This document shows, piece after piece, positions 1-7,664 of a DNA stretch of 23,634 nucleotides. Every line of letters starts with the position of its first letter. Position 1 is the stretch's first letter. The position numbers and the translations under genes are program-made. Below the pieces are notes generated by a model. That model did not search any database, was not told the DNA's origin, and saw only the letters and a list, made by a program, of their open reading frames with translations. Source of the DNA: Azolla caroliniana (Eukaryota; Plantae; Polypodiophyta); the NCBI GenBank assembly GCA_043228905.1, contig JBHGNT010000470.1:1-23634 (forward strand), given 5' to 3'.

Positions 1-287
1 ACAAGCTCTCGCGCGAGGAGGAGGAGTACCCGCTACAGGTTGCGCCCAGATTGTCTGGTGACAATACGACACCTAGGACTAGCCTAGACGTGTGGGAGGA
101 TGGACTAGTTGGTATGGGTCTTGGGCAAGAGTTGTCACGCAGGACACACACGTTATGGTAATCGGGAGTGGTGAGGTGACATGCATGTGCTCTGATTGCA
201 TGGCCATGTGTATATATTAAAGGTGGAGGGAGCAATGTCAATACAATCCATTAGGAGACAAGCACCGGGATCATAAGGACAATCGCA

Positions 288-1059
288 ATGGCAAAGCTTA
301 CTTCCGTTATTCCTCATGGCCGTGATCATGCTCGCCGCGTGTACCGCGGCCAATGCTAGGTCTGTAGGGCGGGACCGTGAAGAGGAGCGACGCGATCGAC
401 GTCGTGAGGGAGACATTGACGAGGAGAGGCGCGATCGACGCCGAGAGGGGGAGTGCGAGCGACGTCGTGAGGGGTTCCTTGAGGAGGGGCGCCGCTACAG
501 AGACAACAAGAGAGACTCCGAAGAGGAAAGGGAACGTCGTAGCCGTGGTCGCGATGAGCCACGTGACGAGGAACTGAGGCGAGAGTGCGGTGATTTCATC
601 GACAAGCAGATCCGAGAGCTACAAGAGCGCTCCGAAAGAGAGGAAGGTGAACAAGGACGTCGCTCCCCATGGATCGAAAACACTCGATACTCAAGACCCT
701 CGGAACGGTGCTGCAGGAACGTCGAACGAATCCCCGCCGAAGATCGATGCGATCGCCTACGTGATGCCTTGTATGCTGACGAGGAGGAACGACGCAATGA
801 TGAAGGCCGACGCCATGGCCAACAATCAAGGGAACACCGTAGCTGGGAGGAAGAGGACGAGGAGCGCGAGAGAGATAGCAGCCGTGAGCGACGAGAGGGT
901 GACGAACGCCGCCACCGCATGTCTCGACGACAAGAGGACGAACGTCAACAACGTCGCCAATTCAAGGCCGATGACGAGGAAAGAGCTCTAGGCGTCGCCG
1001 CCTCCCGCCTACTCCAACAGTGCGATCTTCGCCCTCGTGCTTGTATTCGTCGCTTCTAA
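288..1059 (+). pseudogene. 2S albumin-like storage protein, copy 1, frameshifted in the signal peptide (probably a sequencing error)
   Basis: ATGGCAAAGCTT starts at 288 as in the other copies, but reads CCGTTATTCC instead of CCGTATTCC (+1 T at 307-308). The downstream ORF 316-1059 starts at internal Met10. It also lacks DDERR, like copy 2. Confidence 0.75.
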
Positions 1060-1158
1060 ATAGTACATAAACCTTGTTCAAATTATTCTCGTGGTCTCTC
1101 TCTAATTTCTCGTAAGTGTTTACGAACAAGTGCGTCTCCCCAATCGCGCATTACACCC

Positions 1159-1220
1159 ACACGAACGTAAACACGAGCACCAACGTCCCTCCAACACGAA
1201 CGTAAACACGAGCACCAACG
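1159..1220 (+). repeat. Perfect 27-bp direct repeat ACACGAACGTAAACACGAGCACCAACG x2 (period 35 bp), present in every spacer
   Basis: Copies at 1159-1185 and 1194-1220 are separated by TCCCTCCA. The same arrangement lies about 100 bp after every stop codon. Confidence 0.95.
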
Positions 1221-1567
1221 CATAGAATTTGCCTATAGGGACCGCAAACCACCCAAACGGAAAAGAAAACATCAAAGCAGGACACCCATACCGCACACGC
1301 CACGGCAACGGCTAAGGCTAAGGTCAACTTGTACACGCGGCGAATGTGAACTTGCTTCCACACTTGCCCGATAGGACACTCCTAGTGTGGTAGTCCGGTT
1401 AGCTTTCCTTGTCGTCGTCGTTACCAACCCCTCGTCCGTCCGAACGAGCGAGTACGGACACCGGTCTATCTACGTTCATCGATGTAGCACACTCGGGAGC
1501 CACCACTCGTCCCGCAGTAGCCTCCGCGTGCTTAGTGTCTCGGCACTAGCGCGTTCTAGTTTAATGT

Positions 1568-1575
1568 GCACGTGC
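1568..1575. promoter_or_regulatory. G-box GCACGTGC (bZIP/bHLH core), about -360 from ATG; shown for copy 2, repeated in each unit
   Basis: CACGTG at 1569-1574 within an 8-bp palindrome. G-boxes are established elements of plant storage-protein promoters; function here is inferred. Confidence 0.45.
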
Positions 1576-1731
1576 CCGCACACCCCTACGCGCACGCGCG
1601 AGTGCGCACATTTACCTATGTATGTATAAATGTTATGTTGCTCGACAAGCTCTCGCGCGAGGAGGAGGAGTACCCGCTACAGGTTGCGCCCAGATTGTCT
1701 GGTGACAATACGACACCTAGGACTAGCCTAG

Positions 1732-1797
1732 ACGTGTGGGAGGGTGGACTAGTTGGTATGGGTCTTGGGCAAGAGTTGTACGCAGGACACACACGTT
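1732..1797 (+). promoter_or_regulatory. Two ACGT-core (ABRE-like / T-G box) motifs; shown for copy 2, repeated in each unit
   Basis: ACGTGT at 1732-1737 and CACGTT at 1792-1797, just upstream of the RY element. Confidence 0.4.
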
Positions 1798-1820
1798 ATG
1801 GTAATGGGAGTGGTGAGTGA

Positions 1821-1843
1821 CATGCATGTGCTCTGATTGCATG
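1821..1843 (+). promoter_or_regulatory. RY/Sph elements (B3-domain ABI3/VP1/FUS3/LEC2-type sites); shown for copy 2, repeated in each unit
   Basis: Perfect CATGCATG at 1821-1828 (-108 from ATG) and TGCATG at 1838-1843 (CATGCA on the minus strand), immediately upstream of the TATA box. Confidence 0.75.
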
Positions 1844-1851
1844 GCCATGTG

Positions 1852-1862
1852 TATATATTAAA
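1852..1862 (+). promoter_or_regulatory. TATA box; shown for copy 2, repeated in each unit
   Basis: TATATATTAAA begins 77 bp upstream of the ATG, consistent with a ~45-50-nt 5' UTR. The start context GCAATGGC matches the plant consensus. Confidence 0.75.
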
Positions 1863-1928
1863 GGTGGAGGGAGCAATGTCAATACAATCCATTAGGAGAC
1901 AAGCACCGGGATCATAAGGACAATCGCA

Positions 1929-2699
1929 ATGGCAAAGCTTACTTCCGTATTCCTCATGGCCGTGATCATGCTCGCCGCGTGTACCGCGGCCAATGCTAGG
2001 TCTGTAGGGCGGGACCGTGAAGAGGAGCGACGCGATCGACGTCGTGAGGGAGACATTGACGAGGAGAGGCGCGATCGACGCCGAGAGGGGGAGTGCGAGC
2101 GACGTCGTGAGGGGTTCCTTGAGGAGGGGCGCCGCTACAGAGACAACAAGAGAGACTCCGAAGAGGAAAGGGAACGTCGTAGCCGTGGTCGCGATGAGCC
2201 ACGTGACGAGGAACTGAGGCGAGAGTGCGGTGATTTCATCGACAAGCAGATCCGAGAGCTACAAGAGCGCTCCGAAAGAGAGGAAGGTGAACAAGGACGT
2301 CGCTCCCCATGGATCGAAAACACTCGATACTCAAGACCCTCGGAACGGTGCTGCAGGAACGTCGAACGAATCCCCGCCGAAGATCGATGCGATCGCCTAC
2401 GTGATGCCTTGTATGCTGACGAGGAGGAACGACGCAATGATGAAGGCCGACGCCATGGCCAACAATCAAGGGAACACCGTAGCTGGGAGGAAGAGGACGA
2501 GGAGCGCGAGAGAGATAGCAGCCGTGAGCGACGAGAGGGTGACGAACGCCGCCACCGCATGTCTCGACGACAAGAGGACGAACGTCAACAACGTCGCCAA
2601 TTCAAGGCCGATGACGAGGAAAGAGCTCTAGGCGTCGCCGCCTCCCGCCTACTCCAACAGTGCGATCTTCGCCCTCGTGCTTGTATTCGTCGCTTCTAA
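1929..2699 (+). CDS. Arg/Glu-rich 2S albumin-like storage protein precursor, copy 2 (256-aa variant lacking DDERR)
   Basis: Intact ORF with hydrophobic signal peptide (MAKLTSVFLMAVIMLAACTAANA), Cys pattern C..CC-X9-DXC..C-X6-C, and a 15-bp in-frame deletion relative to copies 3 onward. Confidence 0.88.
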   Translation: MAKLTSVFLMAVIMLAACTAANARSVGRDREEERRDRRREGDIDEERRDRRREGECERRREGFLEEGRRYRDNKRDSEEERERRSRGRDEPRDEELRRECGDFIDKQIRELQERSEREEGEQGRRSPWIENTRYSRPSERCCRNVERIPAEDRCDRLRDALYADEEERRNDEGRRHGQQSREHRSWEEEDEERERDSSRERREGDERRHRMSRRQEDERQQRRQFKADDEERALGVAASRLLQQCDLRPRACIRRF

Positions 2700-3568
2700 A
2701 TAGTACATAAACCTTGTTCAAATTATTCTCGTGGTCTCTCTCTAATTTCTCGTAAGTGTTTACGAACAAGTGCGTCTCCCCAATCGCGCATTACACCCAC
2801 ACGAACGTAAACACGAGCACCAACGTCCCTCCAACACGAACGTAAACACGAGCACCAACGCATAGAATTTGCCTATAGGGACCGCAAACCACCCAAACGG
2901 AAAAGAAAACATCAAAGCAGGACACCCATACCGCACACGCCACGGCAACGGCTAAGGCTAAGGTCAACTTGTACACGCGGCGAATGTGAACTTGCTTCCA
3001 CACTTGCCCGATAGGACACTCCTAGTGTGGTAGTCCGGTTAGCTTTCCTTGTCGTCGTCGTTACCAACCCCTCGTCCGTCCGAACGAGCGAGTACGGACA
3101 CCGGTCTATCTACGTTCATCGATGTAGCACACTCGGGAGCCACCACTCGTCCCGCAGTAGCCTCCGCGTGCTTAGTGTCTCGGCACTAGCGCGTTCTAGT
3201 TTAATGTGCACGTGCCCGCACACCCCTACGCGCACGCGCGAGTGCGCACATTTACCTATGTATGTATAAATGTTATGTTGCTCGACAAGCTCTCGCGCGA
3301 GGAGGAGGAGTACCCGCTACAGGTTGCGCCCAGATTGTCTGGTGACAATACGACACCTAGGACTAGCCTAGACGTGTGGGAGGGTGGACTAGTTGGTATG
3401 GGTCTTGGGCAAGAGTTGTACGCAGGACACACACGTTATGGTAATGGGAGTGGTGAGTGACATGCATGTGCTCTGATTGCATGGCCATGTGTATATATTA
3501 AAGGTGGAGGGAGCAATGTCAATACAATCCATTAGGAGACAAGCACCGGGATCATAAGGACAATCGCA

Positions 3569-4354
3569 ATGGCAAAGCTTACTTCCGTATTCCTCATGGC
3601 CGTGATCATGCTCGCCGCGTGTACCGCGGCCAATGCTAGGTCTGTAGGGCGGGACCGTGAAGAGGAGCGACGCGATCGACGTCGTGAGGGAGACATTGAC
3701 GAGGAGAGGCGCGATCGACGCCGAGAGGGGGAGTGCGATGACGAGAGGCGCGAGCGACGTCGTGAGGGGTTCCTTGAGGAGGGGCGCCGCTACAGAGACA
3801 ACAAGAGAGACTCCGAAGAGGAAAGGGAACGTCGTAGCCGTGGTCGCGATGAGCCACGTGACGAGGAACTGAGGCGAGAGTGCGGTGATTTCATCGACAA
3901 GCAGATCCGAGAGCTACAAGAGCGCTCCGAAAGAGAGGAAGGTGAACAAGGACGTCGCTCCCCATGGATCGAAAACACTCGATACTCAAGACCCTCGGAA
4001 CGGTGCTGCAGGAACGTCGAACGAATCCCCGCCGAAGATCGATGCGATCGCCTACGTGATGCCTTGTATGCTGACGAGGAGGAACGACGCAATGATGAAG
4101 GCCGACGCCATGGCCAACAATCAAGGGAACACCGTAGCTGGGAGGAAGAGGACGAGGAGCGCGAGAGAGATAGCAGCCGTGAGCGACGAGAGGGTGACGA
4201 ACGCCGCCACCGCATGTCTCGACGACAAGAGGACGAACGTCAACAACGTCGCCAATTCAAGGCCGATGACGAGGAAAGAGCTCTAGGCGTCGCCGCCTCC
4301 CGCCTACTCCAACAGTGCGATCTTCGCCCTCGTGCTTGTATTCGTCGCTTCTAA
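3569..4354 (+). CDS. Arg/Glu-rich 2S albumin-like storage protein precursor, copy 3 (261 aa)
   Basis: Signal peptide ending in an A-N-A cleavage motif (about residue 23). Motifs ECGDFI (C105), RPSERCCRNVERI (C146/147), DRCDRL (C159) and AASRLLQQCDLRPRAC (C250/257) fit the prolamin-superfamily 2S albumin skeleton. Intronless, with RY and TATA upstream. Confidence 0.88.
   Translation: MAKLTSVFLMAVIMLAACTAANARSVGRDREEERRDRRREGDIDEERRDRRREGECDDERRERRREGFLEEGRRYRDNKRDSEEERERRSRGRDEPRDEELRRECGDFIDKQIRELQERSEREEGEQGRRSPWIENTRYSRPSERCCRNVERIPAEDRCDRLRDALYADEEERRNDEGRRHGQQSREHRSWEEEDEERERDSSRERREGDERRHRMSRRQEDERQQRRQFKADDEERALGVAASRLLQQCDLRPRACIRRF
3659..3775 (+). repeat. Intragenic 39-bp (13-aa) tandem repeat x3; shown for copy 3
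   Basis: EEERRDRRREGDI / DEERRDRRREGEC / DDERRERRREGFL, residues 31-69. Confidence 0.9.
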
Positions 4355-5223
4355 ATAGTACATAAACCTTGTTCAAATTATTCTCGTGGTCTCTCTCTAA
4401 TTTCTCGTAAGTGTTTACGAACAAGTGCGTCTCCCCAATCGCGCATTACACCCACACGAACGTAAACACGAGCACCAACGTCCCTCCAACACGAACGTAA
4501 ACACGAGCACCAACGCATAGAATTTGCCTATAGGGACCGCAAACCACCCAAACGGAAAAGAAAACATCAAAGCAGGACACCCATACCGCACACGCCACGG
4601 CAACGGCTAAGGCTAAGGTCAACTTGTACACGCGGCGAATGTGAACTTGCTTCCACACTTGCCCGATAGGACACTCCTAGTGTGGTAGTCCGGTTAGCTT
4701 TCCTTGTCGTCGTCGTTACCAACCCCTCGTCCGTCCGAACGAGCGAGTACGGACACCGGTCTATCTACGTTCATCGATGTAGCACACTCGGGAGCCACCA
4801 CTCGTCCCGCAGTAGCCTCCGCGTGCTTAGTGTCTCGGCACTAGCGCGTTCTAGTTTAATGTGCACGTGCCCGCACACCCCTACGCGCACGCGCGAGTGC
4901 GCACATTTACCTATGTATGTATAAATGTTATGTTGCTCGACAAGCTCTCGCGCGAGGAGGAGGAGTACCCGCTACAGGTTGCGCCCAGATTGTCTGGTGA
5001 CAATACGACACCTAGGACTAGCCTAGACGTGTGGGAGGGTGGACTAGTTGGTATGGGTCTTGGGCAAGAGTTGTACGCAGGACACACACGTTATGGTAAT
5101 GGGAGTGGTGAGTGACATGCATGTGCTCTGATTGCATGGCCATGTGTATATATTAAAGGTGGAGGGAGCAATGTCAATACAATCCATTAGGAGACAAGCA
5201 CCGGGATCATAAGGACAATCGCA

Positions 5224-6009
5224 ATGGCAAAGCTTACTTCCGTATTCCTCATGGCCGTGATCATGCTCGCCGCGTGTACCGCGGCCAATGCTAGGTCTGT
5301 AGGGCGGGACCGTGAAGAGGAGCGACGCGATCGACGTCGTGAGGGAGACATTGACGAGGAGAGGCGCGATCGACGCCGAGAGGGGGAGTGCGATGACGAG
5401 AGGCGCGAGCGACGTCGTGAGGGGTTCCTTGAGGAGGGGCGCCGCTACAGAGACAACAAGAGAGACTCCGAAGAGGAAAGGGAACGTCGTAGCCGTGGTC
5501 GCGATGAGCCACGTGACGAGGAACTGAGGCGAGAGTGCGGTGATTTCATCGACAAGCAGATCCGAGAGCTACAAGAGCGCTCCGAAAGAGAGGAAGGTGA
5601 ACAAGGACGTCGCTCCCCATGGATCGAAAACACTCGATACTCAAGACCCTCGGAACGGTGCTGCAGGAACGTCGAACGAATCCCCGCCGAAGATCGATGC
5701 GATCGCCTACGTGATGCCTTGTATGCTGACGAGGAGGAACGACGCAATGATGAAGGCCGACGCCATGGCCAACAATCAAGGGAACACCGTAGCTGGGAGG
5801 AAGAGGACGAGGAGCGCGAGAGAGATAGCAGCCGTGAGCGACGAGAGGGTGACGAACGCCGCCACCGCATGTCTCGACGACAAGAGGACGAACGTCAACA
5901 ACGTCGCCAATTCAAGGCCGATGACGAGGAAAGAGCTCTAGGCGTCGCCGCCTCCCGCCTACTCCAACAGTGCGATCTTCGCCCTCGTGCTTGTATTCGT
6001 CGCTTCTAA
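5224..6009 (+). CDS. 2S albumin-like storage protein precursor, copy 4 (261 aa)
   Basis: Translation identical to copy 3. Confidence 0.88.
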   Translation: MAKLTSVFLMAVIMLAACTAANARSVGRDREEERRDRRREGDIDEERRDRRREGECDDERRERRREGFLEEGRRYRDNKRDSEEERERRSRGRDEPRDEELRRECGDFIDKQIRELQERSEREEGEQGRRSPWIENTRYSRPSERCCRNVERIPAEDRCDRLRDALYADEEERRNDEGRRHGQQSREHRSWEEEDEERERDSSRERREGDERRHRMSRRQEDERQQRRQFKADDEERALGVAASRLLQQCDLRPRACIRRF

Positions 6010-6878
6010 ATAGTACATAAACCTTGTTCAAATTATTCTCGTGGTCTCTCTCTAATTTCTCGTAAGTGTTTACGAACAAGTGCGTCTCCCCAATCGCGCA
6101 TTACACCCACACGAACGTAAACACGAGCACCAACGTCCCTCCAACACGAACGTAAACACGAGCACCAACGCATAGAATTTGCCTATAGGGACCGCAAACC
6201 ACCCAAACGGAAAAGAAAACATCAAAGCAGGACACCCATACCGCACACGCCACGGCAACGGCTAAGGCTAAGGTCAACTTGTACACGCGGCGAATGTGAA
6301 CTTGCTTCCACACTTGCCCGATAGGACACTCCTAGTGTGGTAGTCCGGTTAGCTTTCCTTGTCGTCGTCGTTACCAACCCCTCGTCCGTCCGAACGAGCG
6401 AGTACGGACACCGGTCTATCTACGTTCATCGATGTAGCACACTCGGGAGCCACCACTCGTCCCGCAGTAGCCTCCGCGTGCTTAGTGTCTCGGCACTAGC
6501 GCGTTCTAGTTTAATGTGCACGTGCCCGCACACCCCTACGCGCACGCGCGAGTGCGCACATTTACCTATGTATGTATAAATGTTATGTTGCTCGACAAGC
6601 TCTCGCGCGAGGAGGAGGAGTACCCGCTACAGGTTGCGCCCAGATTGTCTGGTGACAATACGACACCTAGGACTAGCCTAGACGTGTGGGAGGGTGGACT
6701 AGTTGGTATGGGTCTTGGGCAAGAGTTGTACGCAGGACACACACGTTATGGTAATGGGAGTGGTGAGTGACATGCATGTGCTCTGATTGCATGGCCATGT
6801 GTATATATTAAAGGTGGAGGGAGCAATGTCAATACAATCCATTAGGAGACAAGCACCGGGATCATAAGGACAATCGCA

Positions 6879-7664
6879 ATGGCAAAGCTTACTTCCGTAT
6901 TCCTCATGGCCGTGATCATGCTCGCCGCGTGTACCGCGGCCAATGCTAGGTCTGTAGGGCGGGACCGTGAAGAGGAGCGACGCGATCGACGTCGTGAGGG
7001 AGACATTGACGAGGAGAGGCGCGATCGACGCCGAGAGGGGGAGTGCGATGACGAGAGGCGCGAGCGACGTCGTGAGGGGTTCCTTGAGGAGGGGCGCCGC
7101 TACAGAGACAACAAGAGAGACTCCGAAGAGGAAAGGGAACGTCGTAGCCGTGGTCGCGATGAGCCACGTGACGAGGAACTGAGGCGAGAGTGCGGTGATT
7201 TCATCGACAAGCAGATCCGAGAGCTACAAGAGCGCTCCGAAAGAGAGGAAGGTGAACAAGGACGTCGCTCCCCATGGATCGAAAACACTCGATACTCAAG
7301 ACCCTCGGAACGGTGCTGCAGGAACGTCGAACGAATCCCCGCCGAAGATCGATGCGATCGCCTACGTGATGCCTTGTATGCTGACGAGGAGGAACGACGC
7401 AATGATGAAGGCCGACGCCATGGCCAACAATCAAGGGAACACCGTAGCTGGGAGGAAGAGGACGAGGAGCGCGAGAGAGATAGCAGCCGTGAGCGACGAG
7501 AGGGTGACGAACGCCGCCACCGCATGTCTCGACGACAAGAGGACGAACGTCAACAACGTCGCCAATTCAAGGCCGATGACGAGGAAAGAGCTCTAGGCGT
7601 CGCCGCCTCCCGCCTACTCCAACAGTGCGATCTTCGCCCTCGTGCTTGTATTCGTCGCTTCTAA
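6879..7664 (+). CDS. 2S albumin-like storage protein precursor, copy 5 (261 aa)
   Basis: Translation identical to copy 3. Confidence 0.88.
   Translation: MAKLTSVFLMAVIMLAACTAANARSVGRDREEERRDRRREGDIDEERRDRRREGECDDERRERRREGFLEEGRRYRDNKRDSEEERERRSRGRDEPRDEELRRECGDFIDKQIRELQERSEREEGEQGRRSPWIENTRYSRPSERCCRNVERIPAEDRCDRLRDALYADEEERRNDEGRRHGQQSREHRSWEEEDEERERDSSRERREGDERRHRMSRRQEDERQQRRQFKADDEERALGVAASRLLQQCDLRPRACIRRF

Noticed and set aside
356-991. Overlapping ORFs in other frames (141-aa Ser/Arg-rich minus-strand ORF, 133-aa and 66-71-aa plus-strand ORFs, 68-77-aa minus-strand ORFs) in every unit
   Set aside because: These are shadows of the GC- and purine-rich, stop-poor main CDS. They have no recognisable domain or promoter, and their conservation only reflects unit identity.
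1159-1220. 27-bp direct repeats as a CRISPR array
   Set aside because: Only two repeats, an 8-nt invariant spacer, no cas genes, and a eukaryotic context.
1156-1773. Long hairpin or MITE formed by the C/A-rich and G/T-rich halves of the spacer
   Set aside because: Complementary patches exist (CCCACACG/CGTGTGGG, ACCCATACC/GGTATGGGT, CTTGCCC/GGGCAAG) but are 7-9 bp and in the same rather than mirrored order. No terminal inverted repeats or target-site duplication are seen.
1120-1820. Small spacer ORFs (62, 70, 80 and 84 aa)
   Set aside because: They are short, several begin at non-ATG codons, their composition follows the C/A skew and the 27-bp repeat, one overlaps the promoter, and none has a recognisable motif.
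1060-1928. Ribozyme (retrozyme-like), tRNA, snRNA or complete 5S gene in the spacer
   Set aside because: I found no hammerhead core arrangement, cloverleaf or full Pol III internal promoter by eye. Only short 6-7-bp stems such as GTCCGT/ACGGAC (1434-1459) are present. A covariance-model scan was not possible.
3638-3802. PawS1-type buried cyclic peptide
   Set aside because: There is no Asn-Gly start with a matching Asp-terminated peptide and conserved tail, and only one Cys in the region.
3569-4354. Main protein as a nuclear R/E/D-rich splicing factor, protamine, trichohyalin-like protein or bacterial lipoprotein (LAAC)
   Set aside because: The cleavable signal peptide, albumin-type Cys spacing and RY/TATA promoter explain it better. 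The low-complexity similarity is compositional, and LAAC is followed by a normal A-N-A signal-peptidase site with no bacterial context.
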